A stretch of DNA of 64,000 nucleotides. Origin: Eledone cirrhosa. Lineage: Eukaryota. This document shows positions 13,403 through 26,739 of the stretch, in pieces. The first letter of the stretch is position 1, and every line of letters starts with the position of its first letter. A model generated the notes under the pieces. The model did not search any database and had not been told where the DNA came from. It saw only the letters and a program-made list of their open reading frames with translations. A program made the translations under genes and the position numbers. The DNA lies in NCBI GenBank assembly GCA_964016885.1, contig OZ024745.1, positions 54,746,001-54,810,000 of the forward strand. The letters are read 5' to 3'.

Positions 13403-13725
13403 TATAATCTGAGTTTTTCGAATATTAATAATGATATTCGATTCGTTTGCAATTATCCAAACACCCTATTTTAAGCCTATTCTACTATTTTAAGTAGAAT
13501 GAGACCCTCATTCTTGATCCTCTGTTGGCATGTAAACAGAACTGCAGACACTAATGTTTCAGGGTGATTACCCTTCATCAGTGCAGTTTACTGCTCACCT
13601 AACAACTGTCAGAGCCAGTGAAAATATATGATATTTTCTGAAATATACAGTGACTGATCGGTCTGATTTGCATATTAGCAGACTGGCTGATCAGTCAGAT
13701 CTGCATAATAGCAGATCCACTGCAC
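13403..13725 (-). mobile_element. ~320-bp non-coding HHR-bearing element (family C); boundaries approximate
   Basis: Bounded by (TA)/(CA) tracts; 13403-13455 matches the reverse complement of ~56460-56512; internal 33-bp imperfect tandem pair at 13651-13716. Confidence 0.55.
13540..13588 (-). ncRNA. Canonical type I hammerhead ribozyme
   Basis: Minus strand: aactgca CTGATGA agggt-aatc-accct GAAA ca-ttag-tg TC tgcagtt; perfect 7-bp stem I, 5-bp stem II, intact core, predicted cleavage between 13547 and 13546. Confidence 0.92.
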
Positions 13726-15394
13726 ATATATATATATGGGTTGCTGTATATATGTGCATGTGTGCGTGTATTTATAATATATAAATGACTTCTACAGGAA
13801 CATATCTGTTTTAATCCGGAATAAAACAATATTATTTATGTTGGCATCATTTCTATATAAAATAAATTTGCCTATAACCTTCCAACATAGAGACCATCTT
13901 TTTTGACTGTTGTCATTTTCTGATCTCCATATAAATTGTGAGCCAAGGAACAGAGAGTAGAAAACAGTCAATGTTTTCTGTAGATCACGAACATTGCAGA
14001 CAAAAATGAATCAGAATTAATAAGCTTCGAAAGAATATTTTTTTAATGCCTGAAGGCACAACAAAAACAGTCTGAAAACGAATAAAGTATATATCAAGTT
14101 GGGGGGTGTTATTGTGTTCAGCTTTTCAGATGTAACACACAAGATATATATATAGAGAGAGAGATGACATAGAGCTAATAAGGCTAGGGGAAGAATTAAA
14201 AATGGAATGTAGAACAGAGGAAACTTATTTTTCCTTCATTAGTTACGTATAAAGGGGGCTACGTTTTTACGGTGGTTATAGTAGAAAGATTCACTCGAAA
14301 CTCAACAATAGATCTCCAAAAGGCCATTTATTTCCGAAAATTTAATTCGCTACGCGTATCGCGGAAATTGCATTGTTTTGTGTTGCCTTTCATATGAAAT
14401 TTACATTTACTAATGCCACACAGTCATTCTACTCTCTGATTCCATTATTCCCACCCCATTGTAAATGTGGCCACAAAACTACCTTTTTCTTTTTGCATAT
14501 TTATTACCCCGCCTACGTTTGACATTTCACAATAGAAGTATAATCTGACATTAATGGTTATCTATCCCTATTTTTCTTCACCTTTTGTACACCTTTTTGT
14601 ATCTTGGTCCTTTACCATGTGTCTCTATGACCAGTGTCCGAGTATGTTCTCTTTCTGGGAATTAAAAAATTTTAATTTTTTTTGTTTCCCCGGGGTTGTC
14701 GCCTTTTTCTAACTGTTATACTAATATGGAAGTTGACCGACTATTTATATAATTTTCTTTTGTCTGACTGCTTTTGATTTACCCTCAAGTATTTATTCAT
14801 AAAATAAGTTTCCGATTGTTCTTTCTGTCGATTTTGTCTCTATAATCCACATTGTATCTATAGGTACTTAAACACTGACTGGTTTCCATTATTTGTCGAC
14901 TGTTTGTCCGTCTGTTTCTCATTTCTTCCCACATTTTTCGTGCAGCAACTAACCTATTTTGTGTTCATCGCTGTGCTGGAGTCCCCGTGAGTCATTTTCA
15001 TTTTTACCACCGAAAAATTGAGATCACTATAAATGTGCAACAGTTGAAAAGAAAATATGGTTAATTATGTTTGCCTTGCCATGCCTTCATTTCAAATTTA
15101 CATTAATTAACGCCACACAGCTATTATCATCTCTGATTCCTTGAGTCACCATTGTTAACTATGTCCAAAACATACCATTCCCGTCTTCTTTACTGTTCGT
15201 CCCCCGTTCTTTCGACTTTCCAGCCAATCCACGTCGTCTTGAGTTTTTGGTTATTTTACCATGTTTTCGTTCACCAACACCAGCTGCTGGTACTTGACCT
15301 ATCAGTACGTAGCTCCGCCGCGGCTGGGTGATTATTTGCTCTTCCTTTAGAACTTTCATACTTCCTACACACAGCATTATCATCTATTTGTCGT

Positions 15395-15437
<43 letters not shown>

Positions 15438-15829
15438 TGATCTTCCTCTAATAGTCATTACTTTTGTGCCCTTCCGTCATGATTCTTCCAATATTATTTC
15501 TGCAGCATTCGTGAGATACAGGCATTTAAACATACATGCATACATACATGCATACATACATGCATACATACATGCATACACACATACATACATACATAAC
15601 TACACACACATACATATATGTATACATACGCACATTATATACGTACATATAAAAGGATGGGAATCCCAGGTAGTCAGGTAGGATTACTGGGTTTTCTTGT
15701 AGATAAATGAGAGTAATTTGAAGAAATTATAATAAGAACTGCCACAGAACAAATCGTAATTCGATTAACATTTTATTGTATATATATATATATATCAGGA
15801 GTTATGAAGATATGAATGGTTTCAGTCAA

Positions 15830-15944
15830 ATAATTGTTTCTACTTTTGGCACAAGGCCAGCAATTTCCCAGTGTATTACTGGTACTTTATTTTATCGACC
15901 CCGTAAGGATGAAAGGCAAAGTTAACCTCGGCGGGATTTGAACT
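15830..15944 (-). mobile_element. tRNA-derived SINE, 5'-truncated
   Basis: Reverse complement of the SINE core; TSD tggtttcagtcaaataat at ~15818 and ~15944. Confidence 0.92.
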
Positions 15945-16120
15945 GGTTTCAGTCAAATAATGAATCAATTATATATACAGACATGTTTCTTGTTTTATTC
16001 ACACTGAATATTTAATTAATTTAAGTGACAATTCATTAAAAACAGTAAGGTGTAGTGACATATTTTACAAATGTGCTTATATTTCTTATGACCCGGAAGA
16101 ATCTGTTGTGCTCTCTTCTC

Positions 16121-16193
<73 letters not shown>

Positions 16194-16223
16194 TTCTCTC
16201 TCTCCCTCTCTCTTTCTCTTTCT

Positions 16224-16276
<53 letters not shown>

Positions 16277-16354
16277 TTTATATTTTTTCTTTGTTTCTTA
16301 ATCATATATTTATCCTATGTTTGGCTCGTATTACGAAAGTGTATATATAGTTAT

Positions 16355-16512
16355 ATATATATGAATGTATGTATAGTACATTGCCAAATATACCGTATGT
16401 TTAATTAAAAACATTTAGAAGACCATACGCTATCAGTTTTAAAGTAGTGACCATGTCACTTACTTCTTTTCGGCGAAAGAAGGGAGAGCAGCTGACAGTC
16501 TGTTGGCGTTGA
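16355..16512 (-). mobile_element. Partial copy of family A; HHR core largely deleted
   Basis: Aligns by eye to 5935-6075 and to the reverse complement of 60050-60186; retains gcagct-gac-agtctg. Confidence 0.75.
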
Positions 16513-16598
16513 TCACATATATATGTGTGTGTGTTTGTTTGTGTGTGAGTGTGTGTGTGTGTGTTTGTTTGTTTGCATGTGTGTGAGTCTGTGTGTGT

Positions 16599-16678
<80 letters not shown>

Positions 16679-17079
16679 TTTGTATATCGAATAATATACA
16701 GTATGTTTAAGAATAAAAATTTGAAAGCCTTCTGCTTTGAATTTTGAAACCTGTGTCGGAGCATCACCTAGCGAGATCCAACAAGAAAGAAATTACCGAT
16801 GGCCGTTTCTTACTTATGGTCGTTCGTCCCATGTACATCGGCGCCTAAACTATCTGTTTCTGCCTATATTGAGTTTTAGCATAAAGCGAGGTAAAGGGGT
16901 GTAATATCTTGATAATGAACATAAGTCAAAAACGTCCGTCGGTTATTTACCACTTACTTATGCTGGAACTAATTAGTTAGTGTTCCACCACCAGCTTTCA
17001 AAGTTAAAAGCTAAATGCTTTCAAATGTCTATTCATAAATATACCATTCGATATAGAAAATACATATATTTATATATAA

Positions 17080-17189
17080 TATAGAAAAGCTTCTAACTAG
17101 AACTGTTTCATTCGTGAGAAATCATCAGGAAGCTTCCTGATGATTTCTCACGAATGAAACAGTTTTAGTCCTGTAGAAGCTTTTCTATA
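17080..17189. repeat. Inverted repeat with a perfect 64-bp palindromic core (17101-17164)
   Basis: aactgtttcattcgtgagaaatcatcaggaag|cttcctgatgatttctcacgaatgaaacagtt; outer arms differ by one mismatch and a 4-nt indel. Confidence 0.95.
17130..17182 (+). ncRNA. Type I hammerhead ribozyme inside the palindrome; mirror copy on the minus strand at 17087-17135
   Basis: aagcttc CTGATGA t-ttc-tcac-gaa-t GAAA cag-ttttagtc-ctg TA gaagctt; 7-bp stem I, GUA triplet; the mirror copy lacks cctg in stem III. Confidence 0.8.
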
Positions 17190-17196
17190 ATAAACA

Positions 17197-17664
17197 CTAG
17201 CAGTAGTACCCGGCGTTGCACGGGATAATGTATTTTGGAACGCGGGCCGCCAACAGACCTAATCGCGGAAAAACTGCATGCCCGGACAATATGTAAAGAA
17301 AATAAACCGAATACTCTGATGGCTGGATAATCTTTAAGATTTTCCTCGATGAAGCAGGAAAAATGCAACTTTTCACGTAGGGGATCATAAAATAAATATT
17401 TTTTATGTGCATAATATGCCTTGAAATTTCATGAAAATTGGCTAGACGTAACGCCTCCAAAAAGCCCTAAAAAGCTGAAAAAATGAAGTTGTTAACCTAA
17501 TGCGGGCCCTAGGCCATAAAAAGTTGGATTTTCTTTGCTCACGGTATGAAGGAGAGACTGACTAATACATAGTTACAATTTCAAGGAAATCGGTCTGACG
17601 TAACGCCTAAAAAAAAACCCTATATACATATATACAGTGTAGGAATTTCGTATTATATAATTGA
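17197..17664 (-). mobile_element. Non-autonomous Helitron (~468 bp)
   Basis: Minus strand begins A|TC at 17664 and ends with hairpin cccg-tgcaacgc-cggg, 8 nt, then CTAG|T at 17197; no TSD; internal aaatttcatgaaaattgg/aatttcaaggaaatcgg repeats. Confidence 0.8.
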
Positions 17665-19277
17665 TATTTTTTTTCTTTATTAATGTCAAATAATTGTAAA
17701 GCTGGAATAGAAAAGCATTACTTCTGCGCGTTGTTCTTCACAGAACATAGAGCACTCATCATAATATTGTTAGTACATTTTTTTTCTCTTTGACATAGAA
17801 TCATGAGAGTAAATATTATAAGGCATTTATTCTAGTATTGAACGAGTTGTGACAGCTTGCTGACCTTTAGGTATCTAATAAAACTGTTGAATGTTATTGA
17901 AAATGTGATTTTATATTCGTTCCAATAAATATCCTCCTAAAACATACACATTCAATTCCCGTATAGGATTTACTAATGTTCTGCTAATCGATAGATCTTA
18001 AATTCCGACGTATAAGGACTAAAATACTCTCGCTAACATTCCTTCGAACTATAAAGTAAAACTATATTTCCAGCTAAACCAGCCACTTTTTTTATACTCC
18101 GTTCACTGCAATTTTTCGCTATACTAAATGTCATGAAGTGCGATAGACTTTTCATTCAGGTTAACTACCACTTGACGCTCTATATGAAGGTGAAATATTT
18201 GGATATTAGTCAAATATATATTAAATGCTATGATATATGTTCATGTCTATTCACGTAAAATATCTTCGTTATTTTTTTGTTTAACATATGTCAGGCATCA
18301 AAAGGAATATTGACAAAGAAAAACAATTGATGTAATGAAGCCGAAAAAAAAAGATATAATAATAAATGACCATTCTCTATTTTCACAGGACAGCTGATTT
18401 AGATAATAACGAGAGTATCAATAGGAACGTACATACAAAAAGAAAGGGAAATAACACAAGTGGGTTATTGACATACAATGACATAAATCAATAATAAATA
18501 TCTTAAACAGAATTCAATGAATTATTTCCAGGAATAAAGAAAAATCTGGTGGCATATTTTAGTGACTCTGATATAACATAGTAGGTCAAGAAACGAAGAT
18601 GTTGTTTACAGGAAACTGCTCATTACCATGTTAATGGGAATATCTATTCAGAAAGTCATCACTATCAATGTAGATCTTCATCTATACATGACTCGGGGGA
18701 AAAGGACAAATTATTTCGATGCTATGCAACTGTGATTATCCTGAACATTTTTGTCGATTTTAATGAAAAAAGCGTTGTATAGTTCCACCCAGTGGAATAC
18801 ATTATTGAATATGTCTCCCTATCCTAGCTTGGGGCTATAGACAGTGAAAGCTTACAAAACGGCCTTCTAATTCAGCACTAAATTCCGGTGATCATCTTGT
18901 ATTAGAAGTTTTCAATCACTCCCATTTCAGATGAAACTAAGATTTCAGGCGACCGTGAATAAGAGTTTCTCTGGGAAATATACTGTTTCCAGAGAATTAA
19001 TATGCTTATTTCTTTTCCCTTATTTATTTCAGAGAGACATTGGCCATGGCCGATTTAAGTTCTAATCAGATGTTTACCCTATCATTGAATATATGCTTCG
19101 ATTAGAGGAATTAAAGAGCGTCCTGTGAATTTGATGTGTGTTCAGTTAGCACACACGCGCACACCTATACTAATACATACATACGTATATAAACATGGTT
19201 ATATTTGTGTACAACACGTATGTAATATATATATATGTATACACGCACACACACATACATATATATATATATATTTA

Positions 19278-19394
<117 letters not shown>

Positions 19395-19399
19395 TAACT

Positions 19400-20415
19400 A
19401 TATAAAGCTATAAGGTTGTGAGGAGGCTCTATCACCGGTGTCATATAACTTGAATTCAGCAAGGCCTTTGACAGGATTGATCACAACATCCTGTTGAAGA
19501 ATCTATTCAACATTGGAGTCTGGAATGTTACTACAATGGATTAAGTGTTACCTAACAAATAGAGCGCAACACATTGTGGTTGAAGGAATACAATCACTCT
19601 CAGCCAAAGACATTAGAGGCGTTCCACAAGACACTATGTTGTTTTCACTTCTCTTTATTATTTATATCAATGACGGAATATCAATTTATATCAATGACAA
19701 AATAATTAGGGCAGTGGATTGGCAGTATCCGTAAAGAGTCGGACGCCATGCTTTCCAGCATAGTTACGTCCCTTTACGATCTGAGTTCAAATCCCGCCGA
19801 GGTTGACTATGGCTTTCATCCTTACGGGGTCGATAAAATAAAGTACCAGTCATGCCAAAAGTAGAAACAATTATTACAACAATATATATATATATATAAA
19901 GTACCAGTAATGCACTTGTAATTGCTGGCCTTGTGACTAAAGTAGAAACAATTATTTATATCAATAACATTATCGACGTAATCAAGCACAGAAACATCAG
20001 AGTGTTTGCAGATAATTTCAAGCTCCAGTATGTCATCAGTGGAATGCAATACCCGCCATGTTTTCAATTGTATCTACTTGCCATAATTCAAAGGGTGGAT
20101 ATTGCAATATTCTACAGAACAAGAATAAATTTGAACTAAAGCCATTTGGAAAAGAGAATGCATTCTAGTTATCCTATTCTCTTCCCTCGGGTGAAACTAT
20201 CGTGGCATCCAACAACATCAAAGACATCGGAGTAATTGTTGATAACAACCTTATAAGGGCTACTCATATAAACAACAAAGGTGACAAGGCCCGCATGATA
20301 TGTTCTTGGATTCTCGGAACTTTCCTTACTAGATATATCCACACAATAATCTTTCTCTAGTTCTGGGCGGTCCCAACATGAATACTGCTATCTACTGTAG
20401 TCTCGTCACATTTAG
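19400..20415 (+). mobile_element. Decayed CR1-group LINE RT fragment interrupted by a SINE
   Basis: [74 protein letters not shown]. Confidence 0.85.
19705..19953 (+). mobile_element. tRNA-derived SINE with duplicated 3' end, nested in the CR1-group fragment
   Basis: A-box-like tggattggcagt, B-box gagttcaaatccc, core; TSD atttatatcaat(g/a)aca at 19684-19699 and 19954-19969. Confidence 0.9.
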
Positions 20416-20538
20416 GTGTCTAAAACATGAATCATGTGTGAAGCGCAACTTGAAATACTTCACCATGTTTTGATACTGGCCGAAACCTATCAAGGTGATA
20501 CAATTAAATACGCACACACACACACACACACACACCTA

Positions 20539-20586
<48 letters not shown>

Positions 20587-20587
20587 A

Positions 20588-20639
<52 letters not shown>

Positions 20640-20968
20640 AATGTATATATATATATATATATATTATATGTCTGTGTGTGTATTAAACAATGAAAATAGA
20701 ACAAAAGTTGAAGATATATTTCTAATTAAGAACATTTAGTTTTGTTTCCTTTGTTAAATACACACATATATATATACGTGACTGTAGCTCGAGTAGAACC
20801 TCCGATGGAATGTTTTGCGACGATAGCCTACTACAAAAGCTATACCTCTCACAGCCTGATCTCAATGAAACCATCACTTCGAGGCTGCACTGAGTCCTAA
20901 CAGCATTATCATCCCCACGACAGACAGGTGGGTACTAGTAAATATATATATATATATATATATATATA

Positions 20969-21827
20969 CGAGGAGTGTCAGAAAAATTCCAGGACTGACG
21001 TCACAAACGATTTATTTCAAACCTAAACTTCACACTAAGAGTTTTCTCCTTCAAAGTAATCCCCCTGGAGTATGTAACTGTAATCTTAGCTCTCTGCAGC
21101 GATCAAACTTTTTTCTTCATAATTTTATATACATGTCCTCTGTTTCAGGTCGTCAAGCAATGACCACAGAGCAACGAACAAACTTGAAGTTTCTGGTACG
21201 GTTGGGGAAAATTCCGTCAGAAGCATTGAGATTGCTGTAGCAAGTGTATGGAGGTGAGACGATGTCACGCTCACGTGTTTTTGAGTGGTGCAAGATGACC
21301 CCCAGGAGCGGTAGGCCCTCAACAACCAGGACTGTGGTCAACGTTGAGCGCGTCAGGCAGATGGTGCGTAGCGATCGTCGGCTGACTGTTCGACTGATGG
21401 CAAAGTGAGCTGGGACAGCGTCTGGAAGATTCTCACTGAAGATTTGGACATGCGGAAAGTCTGCGCGAATATGGTGCCAAAACTGCTGAACGATGACCAG
21501 AAGGGTCGACGCATGCAAGTGTGCCAGGACATCCTCGAGTGTCTTGAAACCGAGCCAGACTTGCTAGGGACAGTCATCACCGGTGATGAGTCATGGATCT
21601 TCGAGTACGTCCCGGAGGGGACACGTTTTGGAGATATGGACGACATCAAAATGGCTGTGACGACGGAATTGCGGAGGATCCCGGAAGAATCCTTCCAGGA
21701 GTGCATGCAAGCGTGGCAGAAAAGGATGGAAAAGTGCATTAGACTCCAGGAGACAACTCCTAGTGTGAAGTTTGGATTTGAAATAAATCTTTTGTGACAT
21801 CAGTCCTGGAACTTTTCTGATACACCT
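20969..21827 (+). mobile_element. Internally deleted mariner DNA transposon with long imperfect TIRs
   Basis: TA-flanked TIRs starting cgaggagtgtcagaaaaattccaggactga; transposase remnants EQRTNLKFLVRLGK, GRPST, MVPKLL, ITGDESWIFEY; most of the DDD domain deleted. Confidence 0.93.
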
Positions 21828-23052
21828 TAATTAGGGTGATACAATAGACTGCTCAAATCATTTATTAGTCCTTCAAATGTTCCAATACCAGTTATTTAAC
21901 AAATATATTTGCTGTAACAGTATTGTAAAAAAGTGGAAATATATGAGTATAACGAAGCAATATAAAATTGTGTACAACATCAGAACCAATATGATTAATT
22001 ATACAATGGTTAGTTCAACTGTAAGACCCCCCCCCCAAAAAAAAAAAAAAATAAATAAATAGATCGTTTCACCTATGTGGGATTACAATTTATTTGTTAA
22101 ATTTTGCCAGAGAACGAAGTAATCTTTCACTCTAAAATAACATATTTCGTATGTGGTGTAGCTGGAAATATATATTTTGAAAATCTATATTTAGACATAT
22201 CCCTAAAACTACATTATCTTGCCTACTATATTTTAAGATGAAAAGGTGTGAAGTGACAAGTATTTCGTCTGAAATGTATAACACAATATCTTGCCACGTA
22301 GAGGCGTTGTCGTTCACGATTCATTTGCCATTTAGCACGTTTTATATAAAATTACCTTTTCCTCTCTATATAACCCACACACTTATCAATTATAAATGTT
22401 TGGATTTCCTTGCGAGTCAAAGTTCTTTTGCAATATGTTACTTGCAAAACTGTAGTGCTTACAGCAACAGTATCAGTAGTAGTACTAGCTGAAACTGGTG
22501 GATGAGCAGCTGCAGTATAATAAGATTATCTATACTACTATGTTAGATTCCTAATTGATGTATCAGCATTAACGACCTCACCTTCATCTGATTACTCCTC
22601 TTATTGATCCTCATCATTATGGTACTTCTCCTCCTCTTCATCATAATAGTTTTCGCCATTCCTATCAGTTCGACAATCATGAACATCATCATCCTGATCA
22701 TCGTTTTCAAGTACCTTTTCCTAATCTTCATAACCTCCTTTCTATCTATTCTTCCATCTTCTTTGCTATCACCATCCTTAACATCGTAAACATTATTACC
22801 ATCATCATTATTTATCAGCATCCTCATTGTCATCGTCGTCATCGTTGTTGTCGTCATCGTCGTCTTGGTTGTTTGTGTTGTCGTCTACGTCGTCAGTGTT
22901 AACAAGAGCAGCACAACAGACAAGCAATGTTGTTACTAAGAACAGTATGAAACATTGTAAACTGCGTATATAGTAGTTATTTAATCACGTCAATGCCTCC
23001 ATTGCTCTCATAGCCATTACCATCAGTATCAGAATCATCATCTACGAGGAGA

Positions 23053-23054
<2 letters not shown>

Positions 23055-23130
<76 letters not shown>

Positions 23131-23230
23131 CAGTAGTAGAAGAAGAAGAAGTAGAAAAAGAAAAAAAAAAGAAGACGAAGAAGACGAAGAAGAAGAAGAA
23201 GAAGAAGAAAAAGAAGAAGAAGAAGAAGAA
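23055..23230. repeat. (AGT)n followed by (GAA)n microsatellites
   Basis: Direct inspection. Confidence 0.95.
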
Positions 23231-23689
23231 TGTATCAATAACAATTCTACCGCCGTCTTCATCATCATTGTCATCGTTGTCCTCGTCATTGTCATCATTA
23301 TTATCATCATTATAAACATAAACATCATCATTATCATCACAAACAACACCGGCATAATCATTATAATCTTCAAAACATTCTTCAACAAGCATTGCCATCA
23401 TCGTTGATGTCAAAATATATGTATTGACATTTACTTTAACATTCCTCTCATCCTCCAGATCACCGCCCCCCCCCTTTCATCTGCATATCAAAATGGAAGT
23501 GTCTGTAGAAATGCGACAAAATTTAAAATGTGCTCTTTAGTTATGAAACTCTATCGCTGAGTTCATAACCGATTGTTTCCAATTTTGCAGTCTACTCTCT
23601 TCGATTAAATGCAAGTCAAGTTGTCTGGTCAATATAATTAGTCTCTTGTCAACACTTCTTGTCAACACTTACTATATTGTGAAATGATT

Positions 23690-24480
23690 GTGGGCTATGT
23701 CAGAAAAATGACTTGTAGTTCTGAATTCTTGACGAATTATTTTCTGAGATTAAATATCGGAGATTTAGTTCGTTCTCATTCTACCGGGAGTCGATAGGAT
23801 AAGTGTCAGTCAAGTACTGCTGTTTGTTTAATCGACTGGTAGAGCAGTGATCAAAATGCCTTTGTTCAATATTTTCTCATTTTCTATGCTCCAGGACTAC
23901 TGAAATTAATCTGTAATTTCGGCATTGAAAAATCAATCAACTAAGGTATCAGTCAAATATTGAGACCAGTTTCATCAACTGTCTCTTCGCCAAAAAATAA
24001 CTTATTCTGTCTTAATAAAGAAATGGTTGATATTTTAAGGAGAATTTCTCAAGTACCAAATAAAATGTTATGTGCCTACTGCAATGCTTTCTGAGTTCAA
24101 ATTAAACCAGAATGGCATTTGAATTATTAGATAAATGATTAGTATTTACTGGTTAATGCAGTTGATATTATCATCCCCTCGAAAGAAGGTGTCCTATGCT
24201 TTGTAGTATTTTTAGGGGCAGGGATGAAATATCTTGTTCAGTAGATAAATAGCTCTCTGAAACTACCTTCCATGAATAAGTGACGAGTCATAAATTACCT
24301 TGCTTGCTTAATAGGATTTATTTATGTTCTATGTACAAATTCTACGCTGTTTGAATTTACATTTTGTTTTCCATGATTTCTAAAATGTATGCCAGACAAT
24401 TATTGTTGCTGAGATAAATCACAAATTCCTCACCTAACGTCCATGAGTGTTTGTCTATATTCTAACTAGTTTCAGACACA
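23690..24480 (+). mobile_element. Array of old, degenerate SINE copies
   Basis: Eroded matches to the SINE B-box and core (ctgagattaaat, ggagtcgataggataagtgtcagtcaagtactg, ctgagttcaaat) recur about 4 times. Confidence 0.5.
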
Positions 24481-24752
24481 GATATAGAAAAAATTTAGTC
24501 AGTGGCATTAAACCAAATCAGAACTTCAAACTTATAGTTATTTTAAAATGTATGTTATCACTATTCATCAAATGGTTCAGTGATTTTTTAAAAACTTAAA
24601 TATAGGGAAAGCAATGTAAAATTACAAACTGATATCTACAAACACATACGCATATATTTATGTATATATATATATACAGAGAGAGAGAAAGAGAGAGAGA
24701 GAAAGAGAGAGAGAGAGAGCGAGAGAGAGAAAGTGAGAGTGGGAGAGAGTGC

Positions 24753-24829
<77 letters not shown>

Positions 24830-25724
24830 CAATTTTTAGTTTCTGGAGTAACTATTGAATCTGTATCGCAAACAAGATCCCTCAGACTCGGCTTCGAGTC
24901 CGATGTTTCTGAAATATTATTGTAAATCGCCCGTGTCTACTACCATCATTTTGGAAATTTACTTGCTTTATCACGACATTCATGAGTCCTATTTTTACTG
25001 AAGCTTTTATTAGATACAACATTTTGTTGGTGTTTTCTCTCCTTCATCTCTATTTGACATTTCTATTTCTGTTTCTTATTTGTTGACATCCTTGAATCCA
25101 GAAGAAAAAAAGATGTTTTCTGTTTGTGCTTCCGTGCTCTTTATACTTTGGAAAGTATTTTTGTATCACAACCGGAAATATTTTAAATAATTTTTCTAGT
25201 TGCATTAGTTCCTCTGCCTGTTACTTCGGGTAACTTTAATGATTTTATATCAGATTTTGTGTGATGTCTTCTAAATTCAATCATGTTCTGGGTTCCTGCC
25301 TCGTTTTGTAAAACCGGTTACTGTACAATTGAGAAAATTCTAACTCTAACTTATTAGTGAGATAAATATTGTATTAATGTGCATCGCAATATTGAGTTCT
25401 AATATAATTTCCCTCTCTTCAAATGTAATTTAGCACATTTTTCTAATTCAGATTTCATAAAACTATTATTGTCTTCTTCTTCTTCTTCTTCTTCTTCTTC
25501 TTCTTCTTCTTCTTCTTCTTCTTCTTCTTCTTCTTCTTCAACATCATAATCATGATCATGATCATGATCATCATCATCATGATCATGATAATCATCATCA
25601 TCATCATCACCACCATTGTCATCATTACCCCTATTTTGAATGTTTTGTTATACGCACTAGGGTCTATTTCGACATTCTACTTCCCACCAAATTGTTAGCT
25701 TTGTACCTAAATCAGAAATCATTT

Positions 25725-26739
25725 ATCGGTAAAGAGTCGGATGTCATGCTTTACAGCACAGAGTTACGGCCCTTTACGGTCTGGTTTCAAATCCCACTGA
25801 GGTTAACTTTGCCCTTCATCGTTACGGGGGTCGATAAAACAAAGCACCAGTAATGCACTGGGTTCGATTTAATCGACCCCCGCACCCCAAAAAGAATTGC
25901 TATTGTTGTTGTTATTGTTGCTGTTCTTGTAGGTATATATGTTGTTGCCATTTGTATTCTCGTTGTTGACTGCCAACCCACTCAATTCCATCACTGAATA
26001 TATTGAGCGCTGTAAAATGCCTTGTCCTCTCCTTGTATTACAAGCTACCTATTATTATTGTTGTTATAAGGTCTTGGACAATATGCTTTGTGGTATTTGT
26101 TCCACCACTCTTCGTTCATAATCTTTCCTCTTTGAAGGGTTCGATAAAAGACAGTACTGGGTTCGATATGATCGATTTATACTTCCCCACTCCAAATTGC
26201 TGGTATTATACTTGAACCATTAACATTATTATGGCGGTGGATTGGCAGTATCGGTAGAGGGTCGGACGCCATGCTTTGCAGCATAGAGTTACGGCCCATT
26301 ATGATCTGAGTTCAAAGTAGAAACAATTATTAATATCCTTCACCGAAGCGCGGTGGATTGGCAGTATCAGTAGAGGGTCGGACGCCATGGATTGTAGTAT
26401 AGAGTTACGGCCCTTTACGATCTGATTTCAAATCCCACCGAAGTTAACTTTGCCTTTCATCCTTACGGGTCGATAAAATAAAGTACCAGTAATACAGTGG
26501 ATTAATTGCTGGCCTTGTGCCAAAAGTAGAAACAATTATTTTTATTGTGGATTGGCAGTATCAGTAGAGGGTCGGACGCCATGCTTTGTAGTATAGAGTT
26601 ACGGCCCTTTACGATCTGAGTTCAAATCCCACCGAAGTTAACTTTGCCTTTCATCCTTACGGGTCGATAAAATAAAGTACCAGTAATACACTGGGATAAT
26701 TGCTGGCCTTGTGCCAAAAGTAGAAACAATTATTATTAT
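25725..26739 (+). mobile_element. Cluster of about 5 same-orientation SINE copies
   Basis: Copies at ~25725-25900, ~26130-26225 (old), 26233-26331 (internal deletion at caaa microhomology), 26348-26546 and 26547-26739. Confidence 0.9.

Noticed and set aside
18389-18494. Splice-acceptor-like site followed by a short open frame; similar case near 51110
   Set aside because: No donor or recognisable homology; such sites are common by chance in AT-rich DNA
20850-20892. cagcCTGAT...GAAAcc...ggctg as a hammerhead
   Set aside because: Core incomplete; no stem II or valid stem III with an NUH triplet
24880-24912. Hairpin gactcg-gctt-cgagtc next to minus-strand GAAAC and CTGAGGG, a possible type II hammerhead
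   Set aside because: No stem III and the core does not fit CUGANGA
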